From Pelagomonas calceolata (taxonomy: Eukaryota), in assembly GCA_918797485.1 (NCBI GenBank), contig CAKKNE010000003.1, positions 62,001 through 126,000 on the forward strand: a DNA stretch of 64,000 nucleotides, in the 5' to 3' direction. Positions 11,844-22,616 of the stretch are shown here, piece after piece. Within the stretch, counting starts at the first letter, position 1. Each line of letters begins with the position of its first letter. The position numbers were made by a program, and so were the translations under genes. The notes below the pieces were generated by a model. That model was given only the letters and a program-made list of their open reading frames with translations, did no database searches and was not told the origin of the DNA.

Positions 11844-13899
11844 ATGGCGTCGCCCGCCGCGAAGGCAGCCCTCGAGCGGCGCCTGCGCGGCGCGTCCGCC
11901 CGCGTGACGCCGCGGGACGACGACGACGACACCATCAATAATGACGCGCAAGCGACGCCGCGGCCGCCGCCGTTCAGCCCCGACGAGGTGCCGACGCAGG
12001 GCAAGGAGATTCCCAGGGGCGACGCGACGCCGCGCGACGAGGACCTGCGGGACGCGAGCCCGCGCCAGGGCCGAAGTATACCAATGGACACCTCGTCCTT
12101 CTTCATCTGCCCGCCGCGGCCGCCGTCGCTGCGCGAGAAACGGCCAATGCTGATAGAGCGTTCCTCAAGGAAGTCATGGGCGACGCTTCGACATCTCTCG
12201 CGGGCGCCGAGTACGGCCTCAAGCAGGTCAACGAGTTATTTAGGAAGATTCGATTGCTCAATTTGAATGACGAGGCCGCGACGGCTTTTGTCGACGCGAA
12301 TCGGCTCTTCGAGGAGATCCAGAAGGATATAGGATCCGCGAGAGGCAACTTCGGCGTGGCCGCGTCGGCCGTGTCGGCGGCGGGCGCGCGGGACACGATG
12401 ATGGTTGGAGTGGCCGAGGTCGCGTCTGAGTTCTACGAGCAGCAACTGAATCGTTTAGGGTTGGAAGACGACCTCAAGGGCTACCTGCCGCGAGGCGCGG
12501 ATCTCCTGGACACTCACCGAATGTCAGTCAAACTGCTGGAGGTGGAACTGGCCTCGTCGACGGACCGCATCGACGACGTCGTCTACGAACAGATGCAGGC
12601 CGTGGCCGATAGATATTTAGCAATGGGCTCGGCGCGCATCTACCACAACGACGCCGCGCGCCAGGCGACGTGCGCCGCGGCCGACTGCTACAGGATGTGC
12701 TGCGACTATGCGGCGAGTGCCGTGGCGGCATCAACAGCCGCGCGGGCCGCGTTCATCAAGGACACGGCGGCGTCGGCCACGGACTTTGCGAAGGCTGCGA
12801 ACGCGGCGTCGGACGCCTCGAAGCAGATGATGGAGGCCGCGCGGTACCGGGCTGTGTGGAATCAAATTTTACGGCGCGTTCGTGCTGAATCGTCGCGTCG
12901 TCCTCCACGCCATCGACGCGACGCCTGCTCGATGGCGTGGCAATGTCGGTTCCTCACCGCTCGACGGAGCCAGCGCGGCCACGTCATCGCCGAGAAATGA
13001 CTTAGTGAGGAATTATCGGGTGCACCCGACACACTGGTTGATTTCCACACAGGTACCGCGAGAAGCGGGCCCTGCGCCAGGCGAAGGAATTACGGGAGAA
13101 CGGCGAGCGCCTCCAGAAGGAAGTGGAAAGACTCCAGCCGGACGCGCGCTTGGTCGCGGACGGCGCGCGCGCGACGCCCGCCACCTCGCTCCCGCGGTCG
13201 CCGCGCACGGATCAACAAACCATGTGCGAGATCCGGACTGCTTTAAATGACCTCGGCAAGGCCGACGACCCCTTCGAGCGCTCGGGCGCGCTGGAAGCGC
13301 TGGCGGCGACGTTACGACGCGAGGCGCCCGCGTCCGTCGTCATGGGCGCCGGCACGGCGGAGCTCGTCGCGACGGGCGGCGCGCGCAAGGTCGCCCAGGA
13401 GATCGCCGACGCGCCCCTGGACGAGGCCGACGCGCGATTGGAGCGGCTCCAGTCCATCGCGCGGCCGCATCGGATAAAGGAGCCCCTGTCGCCGCGGCGG
13501 CGCCACTTGTTGGAGCGGAACGACCTGCCGGTCCGGGGCACGCTCCTCGAACCCCCGCCGGTTGCGACGCGAGATTTATTGGAGGACCTCGGTCTGAAGA
13601 GCGACGCTATTAGAACCGTGCGCGACTCGGCGGAGCTGTCGCCGCGGCGGAGCAAAACGCGGCGGCGGCCGCCGGCGGACTGGGAACTGAAGGCGTCGAC
13701 CCGCTCGGACGGCGACTTCGGGGCCACCCTGGCCGAGGCGCTGGCCAACGCGGCGGTCGATCCCGTCCTCCGGGCGAGTGATTCTATCCGGGCGAGTGAT
13801 TCTAAGCTGAAGGCGTCGTCACGCTCGGGCGGCGACTTCGGGGCCACCCTGGCCGCAGCGCTGGCCACGGAGAGAGTTGATACTCCACCGGGGGAGTGA
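11844..13899 (+). CDS. Hypothetical coiled-coil protein; one intron, one frameshift near 12170
   Basis: ORFs 11514..12266, 12176..13000 and 13123..13899; the last two join in frame on removing 12844-13052. Confidence 0.6.
12844..13052 (+). mobile_element. Near-intact introner element (209-nt GT-AG intron; element 12852-13052)
   Basis: TIRs CTGTGTGGAATCAA / TTGATTTCCACACAG; 8-bp TSD GTACCGGG (12844-12851) / GTACCGCG (13053-13060); internal 12-bp inverted repeat 12905-12940; removal restores the frame AAR-YREKRALRQ. Confidence 0.92.
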
Positions 13900-13908
13900 T
13901 TCTAAGCT
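13687..13908 (+). repeat. Imperfect coding duplication (LKAS.RS.GDFGATLA.ALA x2; GAGTGATTCTA x3)
   Basis: ctgaaggcgtcg...ggcgacttcggggccaccctggccg at ~13688 and ~13807. Confidence 0.8.
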
Positions 13909-13946
13909 TCGGGTTGTTTGTACATATGTTTATGCCGCGAACGCTT

Positions 13947-14481
13947 CTAGTACTGGACGAGCGGGTCGCGCTCGGGCGCCCGCTTCGACCCGAAGCAGAG
14001 CGAGCAGCAGCCGCGCTCCGGCCGGCGCGCCGCGCCGACGCCGCTCTTCTCGCTCTCGCGGTCGCGCGCCGCGTTCAGTCCCGCGACCCAGGCGAGCGCC
14101 GACTCCCGCGACTCCGCCTTCATCAGGTAGCCCGGGTGGGCGTCGTCCGCCGACTGGGGCACGATGACGAAGAGGCCCTCCTCGCCGTCGACGACGTCGA
14201 TCGTGCGCGTCTTCCGCAGGTCGAGCATGTTCATGACCCGCGCGGACGGCATGTCGGCCGGGCACGACTGGTACGAGTAGAGCACGTGCTTATTCACCTC
14301 GAGCCATCTGCGGACCCACTTGTCCGAGTTCTTCACCTTGCGGCGGACCCAGCCGTGCGTGTGGACCATCCTGCGCTTCGTACCTGCGAGGCGTCCGGTC
14401 GACGCGCGTCAGCACTTGGGGAAGTGCGCGGCGTGGTCGGCGACCGTCGCGCGGCGATGAGGTGTCTCGCGGGGTAACCAT
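13947..14481 (-). CDS. PH-domain protein with Cys-rich C-terminus (frameshift in the 5' part)
   Basis: HGWVRRKVKNSDKWVRRWLEV..LYSY..YLMKAESRESALAWVAGL; GCCSLCFG tail. Confidence 0.8.
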
Positions 14482-14719
14482 CGCGGCCGCGCGTCGCCGG
14501 GGCCGCTCGCGCCGCTCGAGAAACAATGCTGGCTTTGATAGAGTTTTGCTCACCTGGTTAAACCGCGGCGTCGCGGCGTCGCACACGCTCGCACGCTTCG
14601 TTTTATAGAGACCAGAGCGCGTCACGGCGGTAAATGCACGGCCGCGCGGCGGCTTATTCGAGTGGTGCCCAGCGGCCTCGGCGGCGCTCGAGCCGCCCAC
14701 GGCGAAGCACGAAGCAAAG

Positions 14720-15322
14720 CCTATCAACACATCCTCCTTACTCACGGAGGAATCGGCTTCGGCACCAGAGCCGCCAAGCTTCGGCGTGTCGTCCGGCTGA
14801 TACCCAGCGGGCTCGTATCTCAAACTAGCGCCGTTGACGCAGTGGCGTTCGTCGGTCGGGGTCAGGAAGCCCCGTTCTTGCCACGTGACCGAGGTGTCCG
14901 TCGCATTTCGCGCAGACGATCTCTACGCGCATCCCGTCGGCATCGGGCACCTCGCGGATCGCTCCGGGTATGCCGTCGTAAAAAGCCGGCCAGCCGCAAC
15001 CACTGTTGAATTTCGTGCGAGCAAAGTACAAGGGCTCCCGACAGCCCGCGCACTCGTACACGCCGCCGGCGTCCGGGTATTTCGCACCGTAATCACGCTT
15101 GAGGTCGTGCTCAAGCTCGCCCTCGGTACCTTCAGAGTAACCGGGCGGCTCCGTCGCCTTCTGGCGCAGCACCGCGAATTGATTCGGCGAGAGCTCCGTC
15201 ATCCAGCCGGCATCATCTTTGGGCAGGCTGGCCAAGGCGCGACCGCAGCGGCGGCGTATTACGGGTGTGAGGCTGGCGCCGCGGCGAAGCGCGAGCAGAA
15301 GCGCCATGGACCACTTTGGCAT
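14720..15322 (-). CDS. msrB: Peptide methionine sulfoxide reductase B, organelle-targeted (frameshift near 14875; 3' end uncertain)
   Basis: VLRQKATEPP, YECAGC, KFNSGCGWPAF, EIVCAKCDGHLGHV, then PTDERHCVNG in the shifted frame. Confidence 0.9.
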
Positions 15323-15522
15323 CTTCGAGCAGCGTAAATGAGTGCTTTGATGACGACGTATCACACCTTGGGCCCAAGTTAAGAGAGCGGGCTCTCACAA
15401 GCTCTTGGAGCCACGTACGCTCGCAGGGCTCGCGGAGACGACTACTGGGGTCGTGAAAATGGCCTAATCTCTGCAAATTAAGCAGCGCTGAGCCTGAAAA
15501 GCTAGCAAGCTGGCGTGATCGA

Positions 15523-15550
15523 GCTAGCGGCATGTAAGACACTAGCAAGC
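15523..15550 (+). promoter_or_regulatory. Intergenic CTAG-N14-CTAG element (consensus copy)
   Basis: GCTAGCGGCATGTAAGACACTAGCAAGC between divergent genes. Confidence 0.75.
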
Positions 15551-15721
15551 ACACGATTTCCCAGCACAGGCCAGCACGCGCAATCTCGCGCTGCCCGGCC
15601 ACATTTGCTGCTAGACACTCACACTACATGGTCCATACGAGCGGTAGGCAGCGGAAGGAGCAGCCGTAACAACACACAGGGGGCCCACTCAGATTCGGGC
15701 TGCCCCACACGAGCAGATAGG

Positions 15722-17315
15722 ATGACACCCTTACGGCTCCTGCCGCTGCTGGGCACCGTAGCATGCCTAGACTACGCCGCGGACTTGGCAAGCTACCGCG
15801 AGAAATGCAAATCAAAACCGAACACGGCCTTCTGCTGGATGGACGATCCTGGTAACGTCGACGGGTCGTGCCGCTTCGCCGCGCGCGCCGGCCTGGTTTC
15901 GATGGGAGCGAGCAGCGTGGGCCCGCGCCTCGACCTGCGCTTCGACAATGGGAAAGCGTGGACGGCGGTGCCCCACGCGCTGACTGGTTCTAAAGCGCAC
16001 GCCTTCTCCAGCAAACCGCGGCTGTGTGCCCTGGCGACCGAACAGACGGACCCGTCGCCCTCTCTCTTGTTAATTGCGAACAACGTCGACTACGTGTTTA
16101 GACTGTGGCCCTACTTCATTAATAAAGTAATGTGGGCGTCTTCGACAAGACACCGCCTTTCAATCTGGATCGGCGAGCTGCCCAAGATCGTCGCCGCCAA
16201 GAGCGGCGACGGCTGTAGAGCCTCAAAGCAGAAGCAATCGCTATATAGTAGGCGACTCAAGCAGAGCTACTACGGGTCGCCGCGGCAGAAGTCCAGCAAC
16301 CACCACGCGAAGATGCTCGCGGCCTACCGGTTGCTCGCCGATCCTTATGTTACGGGCCTGTACTACGTGGACATGGACGCCTACGTGAGGCCCGATGCCC
16401 TCTTCTCCTCCGTGCCTTCGTTGTTTCGCAAGGTGCACTATGACGACGTGGTCGACGTGCTCTTCGAGAACGCGCGGGACCAGAGCCTCTTCTGGCACCT
16501 GCACGGCGACACGTTTTATCTAAGGGACGTGGCTTTGTCTCGGATCTTCCTCAAGGCGCGCGGGCGGCGTCCGATTTCTTTTCACGCCATCGCCTCTCGC
16601 GTCGATGGCGTCGAGCGTCGAAGCGTGAGTACGCAAACGTGGGGGCGCCGATGCGCGGAGAGTCTACGCCATCGAGCAAAATGAAGAGCGTCTCAAAACA
16701 CAGGAGTGGCTCGAGCGGCGGTGCGGCTTCAAGGACCAGTACTCGCTCTGGCACGCCGTGCTGGGCATGGCGGGCGCCGCGGGTTGCATGGAATACGACG
16801 GCGAGATCTACCGCAACTTCACGTACCAGGAGGCGCTGCACATCGACAAGAACGAGTGGAAGGCGCTGAAGATGACCTGCGGCGGGCGCCAGAAGCGCTG
16901 CCCCGAGTTCCGCTTCTGCCGGGACAAGTACGACCTCGCGCGCCAGCACTTCGTGCACTCGAACATCGACGCGGGCGCCACGCGGCGCTTCCGTTATGAT
17001 GTGGGCGGCGGCTGGCGCGCCGACGTCGTCGTGGCCGACCTTAGTGGAGGCCCCGAGGGCGACGACGACGCCGTCGACAAGTCGGATTTGCTGGGAATGC
17101 TCGGGCTCCTGCACGTCGGCGCCGACAGGGTCCTCGGGCAGCTACCTCCACTTGAAGAAACGCCGCCGTCGTCCGGCGTTTCGGTCGGGTGGCTCCTCTT
17201 CCTCCTGCCCGGCGTCCTGGCCGCGGCGTGGCGGTGTCGGTGTCGTCAGGAACCGGAGGACGAGGCGTTCTCGGCCTACGGCACGCGACGACCAGCATTG
17301 CGGAAATTCATATAA
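15722..17315 (+). CDS. Secretory-pathway putative glycosyltransferase (DxD, GT34-like) with C-terminal TM; one intron
   Basis: Signal peptide, HAKML..LYYVDMDA, KDQYSLW after the intron, hydrophobic C-terminal segment. Confidence 0.6.
16556..16703 (+). mobile_element. Introner-family intron (148 nt, GC-AG)
   Basis: AAG|GC donor, CACGCCATCG/TCGATGGCGT inverted pair, ends AAACACAG; removal gives RIFLK-EWLERRCGFKDQ in frame with ORF 16758..17315. Confidence 0.75.
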
Positions 17316-17351
17316 ATTTGATAGTCTAGATAATTATTACGATGTCGACCG

Positions 17352-17576
17352 TCACGCGTCCTTCTGGTGCATCCATCCGCCCTTGAAGCGCATGAAGAAC
17401 GCCGCGCCGCCGATGAGCGCCAAGATGAAGAGCTGCCGCGTCCGCTCGGTCGCGGGCTCGTACGGCTCCAGGGAGTCGGGCAGCTTGCCCCGCAGGCCCT
17501 CGGGCACGAGGTCCCGTCGGCAGACCAGCACGGTCACGGTCACGAGGCTCGCGCAGTAGACGACCGTGCGCATCAT
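17352..17576 (-). CDS. Small hypothetical membrane protein (2 hydrophobic segments)
   Basis: MMRTVVYCASLVTVTVLV...QLFILALIGGAAFFM; typical GC3-rich codon usage. Confidence 0.55.
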   Translation of the reverse strand: MMRTVVYCASLVTVTVLVCRRDLVPEGLRGKLPDSLEPYEPATERTRQLFILALIGGAAFFMRFKGGWMHQKDA

Positions 17577-17818
17577 TTCTGCTACTACACCGGCGGGTTG
17601 CGGCATCGTTGCTAGGCTGCTGCTGTGCTGCTACGTGCGCTTGCTGCAAAGCTATGCCTCTCCGACAGCGCTGTTGTAGAGCGCCACAAGCCCGCTCAGA
17701 GCGCAGCGTTCGATGCACGCCGATGATTTTCGTTGCTATTATGTTAAATCGTACTCCACACAGCCTAACTATTCGTGTGCGAGGCACACTGCGAGATGCG
17801 TCGACCTGCAAGCTGCTT

Positions 17819-17841
17819 CTAGTGTCTTACAGGCCGCTAGC
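17819..17841 (-). promoter_or_regulatory. Intergenic CTAG-N14-CTAG element
   Basis: + strand CTAGTGTCTTACAGGCCGCTAGC between divergent genes. Confidence 0.75.
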
Positions 17842-18059
17842 CCAGAAATATAATCCAACAAGCCTCCGTCGCTGAGACGCGCCGCGCGTAATTACCACGC
17901 GTGAGCCTCCTCAAAGACTCGCGGACAGAGCCACTTCGCGATCTCGCTCCGTGACGCGCCATATCTCAATTCTAGAGCAGTTCCTAAAGTTTCTCAATCC
18001 TAAGCGGATACCGCGCGTCGCGGCGTCATCGTGACCGCTAAGTACAATTTCTAAAAAAA

Positions 18060-18663
18060 ATGGGTTGCTGCGCGGGCAAGCTCCAGTTCCACAAGGAGAC
18101 GAAGCGCCAGGACAAGAATGAGTACCTCGCCGCGGCGCGCGCAGAAGACGCCGGACGTGTATTGCCGGGCGCGCGTCGCGGGCGGGCCGCCGCAGGACTG
18201 CCGCGACTGGTGGAAGACCAAGACCGTCCAGAACTCGGTCGCGCCGCAGTGGGACGCCGAGTTCACGCAAGCGTTGGCCGCACCGGAGCTCTGTGTTGTG
18301 GTATTGGAGTGCTGGGACGACGACACCGTGACGGGCGACGACTTCCTCGGCACCGTCGCCGTGCCCCTGTCCGAGGTGACGTCAGGGAAGCAACTCGACT
18401 TGCCTCTACTGGCCGCGACGCTCGCGCCGTGGCCGCGGAAGCACGGCGCGCCGTCCCTCCAAGTGACCTTTGATTTGGTTCTTATTGCGGCGTCCCGAGC
18501 TGCCTTCATACGCGCACGAGACCCCGCCACGCCGTCGCCGCGACACTCGCCACGCAGGTCTATGCCGACGCGCGCGGCCCCTCGGGAGGGCTCGCCTGAA
18601 GGGGTTCCTTCCCCTCGCACTAAGAAGCATTTAGTGCCTCAGGGTCCCGAGAATGACAGATAA
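18060..18663 (+). CDS. C2-domain protein with MGCC N-terminal acylation motif (frameshift near 18130)
   Basis: PDVYC..WKTKTVQNSVAPQWD..LECWDDDTVTGDDFLG. Confidence 0.75.
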
Positions 18664-18667
18664 AACA

Positions 18668-21100
18668 TTACATCCGATAAAACGCCGACGCCGAGATAGC
18701 CGTCGCCGTCGACTCGCTCTCGTACGGCAACGCCGGCATATCCTCGGGGACGAGGTAGTTCCGCGGCACGTATCCACAATCGTCGCCGCACGTGGCAAAC
18801 ACCCAGCCCGGTTCTCGCGACATCTCCTCGCGCAGCACGAGGACGCGGTCGCCTTCGCCAAGGCTCATTTCCCCCATTTCGAAGGCGTCGTGGTCCCGCC
18901 GGGCGATCGCGGCGCAGAGCTCGCCCTCCGTTTTGTCGTCGCGCGAGCTCCGCCGCTTCGCCCAGTAGTTCGCGCTTTCCTCGGACGCCAGCGACGCGAG
19001 CGACTCTTCCAGTGAAGGCTGGAGAAACAGGCCCGGCTGCCAACTCAAGAGCGAGTCGGAGGCCATCGATGCCTCGGCCGACCGTCCGCCGGCCGTCGCC
19101 GGCCGCGCGGAGAGTTGCGGCGTCGGCGGGAAACTTTCGGACGACTCCGCGAGAGGCGGCAGCTGCACGGCCACGAGCCCGTCGACGCGGTCCTCGATTG
19201 AAGCGGCAGCATCCTGCGGCACCGTCGGGAGCGGTTCCAGCAATTGAACCTTCGCGCGGCGGCGGCGGCGCCCCGCCGGCGCCGACGCGGGCCGCGCCTT
19301 CTTGCGTCGGCTGCCCGGGCGCGACGGCGGCCGCACGAGGGGTTTCGCCTTTTGTTCAGGCGCGGTCCAGAGCGTCGGCGGCCGCGAGAGGCGCGGCACG
19401 CCCTGCCAGCCGACGTCCATGTCGGGGAAGACCGCCGCGGCGCTCCTCGGCCGCGCCTTGCCGTCGCCGGCGCTCGGCGGCCGCACGAGCGCGCCCTGCG
19501 CCCCGAGCGTGGCCTCCCGCGGCGTGCGGGGCCAGGGCCGCGGCGGGTCGTCGCGCGTCGCGTCGTAGTGCGTGATGCGCCGCTTCGCCGCGCGGCGCCG
19601 CTCCCGTCGTTCTAGGGGCCCGGTGCAGATAGCGGTGGTGGTCGCCTCCTGGTAGCCCTTCAGGCCCGTCCTTACCTTCATATAGATGGCCTTGACGCCA
19701 TGATACACCGCCTTGTGTATGGCCAGCCGTTTCTTGGGCGCGGCCGGGTTCCGCGGCTCGACGAGCGGCGCGCGCCCGAAGGCGAACTCGCGCATCGACG
19801 CCATCTGCACGTTCCCGAACGCGTAGTAGCTCCCGAGGCCCCCGGGCTGCTCCCAGGGCACGTACTGGCGCACGAGCGTAAAGACGGGCGTCGCGAGATC
19901 TTTATGCTTTCGGATGGACGTCGCCTTATAGCATTCGATCTCAAAGAGCGTGATGAAGAGCGTGTTTGACCTAGATAGCTCAAGCAACGGCTCCTGCACC
20001 TTCAGGACTTTGTAGGCCGGCGCGAGGGGCATTTCCCGCACCTTGATCAAATACGCGAGCAACGCGCAGGCCGAACTGTCGTAGCCCGTGGCGCACGTGA
20101 CGAGGACCCGACCGCCCAACTCCAAGGCGTCCTTGATGAAGGCGGCGGCCATGCAGTACTCCTCGTACAAAATGTTTTGACGGGCCTTGGACCCCCCGCT
20201 CACGCGGACGCGGCAATAGACGAACTGCCGCGGGTAGCGGTTCGGTATGTTTTGAGAACAATTCACAATGTGCGTGATGCCCGCCTTGATCAATTCAGCT
20301 TTGTCGCGCGCCGTCCGGTCGCCGGCCCAATACAAGTCCGCGCTCACGATCTTGAGGGGGTTGTCCATCTGGAAGTCGTTGAAGCCCACCAAATGACTGC
20401 AATAGACCAACTCCGACAGGACCATGGCCCCGAGCCCCTTGCGCTTCGCCTTTTTGAGCCGCTTCGCCGCCAACGCCTTGGCCCGCGATCCTAAGCGTGA
20501 TAAAATGACGGCCTCGGCCCCAATACGCACCTCGTCGCGCGACGGCCGCGGGTCGTTGGCCTCGGCCGTGATGCGCCTGCCGAGCTCCTTCAGCTTGAAC
20601 CGCTTCCTGACAATCTTCTTCGAGTCCTCCCGCTTCTTCTCGGACAAGTACTCGGGCACGGTCAACCCTTCGCCCCGCGCGTGCCTCTTTATGAGGTCGA
20701 CCTTTCTTACCGAAGGAGGCCCCGGGCCTTTTATGAGTTTTTGCACGTGGCCCGCGACGCGCAACGTGTTCGCGCGGTCCTGGTTGATCTCCTCGCGCCG
20801 CAACTCCGACACGATCTCCGAGTAATCATCCAACATGCGCCGCGTCTTGTCCTTCGGGTCCCAGGCCGGCAGCTGCGCGCGCACAGGTCTCATTAATCTT
20901 TCCTCGTCCTTCTCGAAGAACTCGGGGATCTCGCCAAGTATAGCGGACTTTATCGCGTCCCGCAACCGCAGTCCCTTGCACGAGCAGCCCGCGGCCTCGA
21001 CCAAGGACTCTATTTGATTTCCCTGTCCAAAGCGCGCCGCCTCGGCCTGCTTGCGCGCGGCCTTCTCCTCGGGCGTCTCGGGGGGCGGCTTTTTGCCCAT
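18668..21100 (-). CDS. Dual-specificity phosphatase-like domain plus C-terminal SH3 domain
   Basis: GITHIVNCS..AAFIKDALELGGRVLVTCATGYDSSACALLAYLI; EMSLGEGDRVLVL..GWVFA..GYVPRNYL. Confidence 0.8.
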   Translation of the reverse strand: MGKKPPPETPEEKAARKQAEAARFGQGNQIESLVEAAGCSCKGLRLRDAIKSAILGEIPEFFEKDEERLMRPVRAQLPAWDPKDKTRRMLDDYSEIVSELRREEINQDRANTLRVAGHVQKLIKGPGPPSVRKVDLIKRHARGEGLTVPEYLSEKKREDSKKIVRKRFKLKELGRRITAEANDPRPSRDEVRIGAEAVILSRLGSRAKALAAKRLKKAKRKGLGAMVLSELVYCSHLVGFNDFQMDNPLKIVSADLYWAGDRTARDKAELIKAGITHIVNCSQNIPNRYPRQFVYCRVRVSGGSKARQNILYEEYCMAAAFIKDALELGGRVLVTCATGYDSSACALLAYLIKVREMPLAPAYKVLKVQEPLLELSRSNTLFITLFEIECYKATSIRKHKDLATPVFTLVRQYVPWEQPGGLGSYYAFGNVQMASMREFAFGRAPLVEPRNPAAPKKRLAIHKAVYHGVKAIYMKVRTGLKGYQEATTTAICTGPLERRERRRAAKRRITHYDATRDDPPRPWPRTPREATLGAQGALVRPPSAGDGKARPRSAAAVFPDMDVGWQGVPRLSRPPTLWTAPEQKAKPLVRPPSRPGSRRKKARPASAPAGRRRRRAKVQLLEPLPTVPQDAAASIEDRVDGLVAVQLPPLAESSESFPPTPQLSARPATAGGRSAEASMASDSLLSWQPGLFLQPSLEESLASLASEESANYWAKRRSSRDDKTEGELCAAIARRDHDAFEMGEMSLGEGDRVLVLREEMSREPGWVFATCGDDCGYVPRNYLVPEDMPALPYESESTATAISASAFYRM

Positions 21101-21531
21101 TTGTTAGTGGTTTGGCATTGATGCTGCCCTTTGTCCGGCGCTCTTCTGATCGATGCAGCGCTCGTCGCAGGCGAGCTGGTTCGTTCCGTTTTGCGCGGCG
21201 CTGCCCCTTCTTGTGCCGCTAATGCCGCTATGCTCTCTTGCTGCACACACAGCGCTGCTCTCCCTCCTCGACGCCCGATGCTACGGAGGCGTGTCTGACC
21301 CGTCTGGCGGCCCGCTTTAGAGATGCTAGGGCTTGCGGAGCATTGCTTTTTCATGCGAGACGGGTTTTCACGCCGCAGCAAATCTAGATTGCTTTAGCTC
21401 TTGCGATTTAGCGTCGGGGGCGGTTTCTCCTGAGTTATTATTAAGTCTTGAAGCCACAGCAAAACGATCAAGCGCGCGACGTTTTTGAGCTCTCGAGCGG
21501 AGAGCCTCTCCGAGACTTTTTTCATTTCATC

Positions 21532-22602
21532 ATGGCCGAGCTCGCGCGCTGGTGTCGTGCGCAAAGCCTCTCAGAGACTATGACCAACGCTGTCATCAAA
21601 GCTTTCGTTGATTTGGACTCGCTTCGGTCGTGCGCGAACGACCCCGGCATGGTCGACGACGGACTCATGCGCGCCGGGTCCGAGCTGGAGGCCTACTGCG
21701 AGACGCTCGCCGCGACCGCACGCGTGGAGACGGTGTGCCCCCCGAGTGAAGGATGGACCTTCGGGCCGCGCGGACGATCGATGGCGGGCGACGCGGACCG
21801 CCGCTATTATTTGATCGCTGGCTGGGCGGGCGGGCTCACGCCGACGCACTGCGACTTCGGAACGCAAGCCGTCGTCTATCACCACGTCGCGGGCCAGAAC
21901 CGCGTGTTGGGCGTCCCGCGGCCGGTCGCGAACTGCCTCCACGCGGCGCGCGAAGCCCTCGCCGCCGAATCATTTGGCGACGCCGCCGACGCGCGTCTAT
22001 TACAATTCGAGGCCGACGCTTTGTTAGGTTGTTTGAACCGCGGTTTGTTGCAGTATGACGAATTTGGGCCGGGAGATACGATGCTGATCCTGCCGAGGGG
22101 TGGTCATGCTGTGTTAACGGGGCGGCCGCACAAGGTCGTGCTCGCGGGCGAGTGGCATTTAACACCAGATGGTGTGCGAGCCGCCGCCGTGCCCGCGTCG
22201 CTCACGTCGCCGCGGCCCTTCGCCGAAGAAGAGGCCGCGCCGATGCCGCCCGCCGCCAACAAGAAGAGACCCGAATCGAGCGCATCGCCTATATCGGCGC
22301 CGCCCGCGACTACTGAGCTCAAGGCCTCTACTACGCGCGCGCGCGCCGCGACGACGCCGTTTCACCTACCTATCGGCGGCCCCACGACCCCCGCAGCGCC
22401 GGCCGCCGGTCGGCGTCGACGAACGCGCCCGGTGCCCGGCTCGCTTCCACCGACCACGCCCCTGCCCCCCGCCCGCCCGAGGCCAACGACCGCTGCCGAA
22501 GACGGCGACGAACCTCCACGCCAAAAGAAGCCCTGCTTTGGACCGTCGGAGACGCTCGAGGCCGTCGAGTCGCGGTTCTTGAGTGCGACGCTACCCCAGT
22601 AG
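21532..22602 (+). CDS. JmjC/cupin-like 2OG-Fe(II) oxygenase domain protein with Pro-rich tail
   Basis: TPTHCDFG..YHHVAGQ..GPGDTMLILPRGGHAVLT (HxD...H). Confidence 0.65.
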   Translation: MAELARWCRAQSLSETMTNAVIKAFVDLDSLRSCANDPGMVDDGLMRAGSELEAYCETLAATARVETVCPPSEGWTFGPRGRSMAGDADRRYYLIAGWAGGLTPTHCDFGTQAVVYHHVAGQNRVLGVPRPVANCLHAAREALAAESFGDAADARLLQFEADALLGCLNRGLLQYDEFGPGDTMLILPRGGHAVLTGRPHKVVLAGEWHLTPDGVRAAAVPASLTSPRPFAEEEAAPMPPAANKKRPESSASPISAPPATTELKASTTRARAATTPFHLPIGGPTTPAAPAAGRRRRTRPVPGSLPPTTPLPPARPRPTTAAEDGDEPPRQKKPCFGPSETLEAVESRFLSATLPQ

Positions 22603-22616
22603 AAACACAACTAAAT

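Noticed and set aside
14290..14823. MsrB-PH domain fusion
   Set aside because: The linking stretch looks intergenic in composition and the PH gene has its own ATG; the open frame may be incidental or due to an indel
14825..15322. Selenoprotein (UGA) MsrB or an alternative genetic code
   Set aside because: The catalytic residue is Cys (RHCVN); breaks are frameshifts, not in-frame stops
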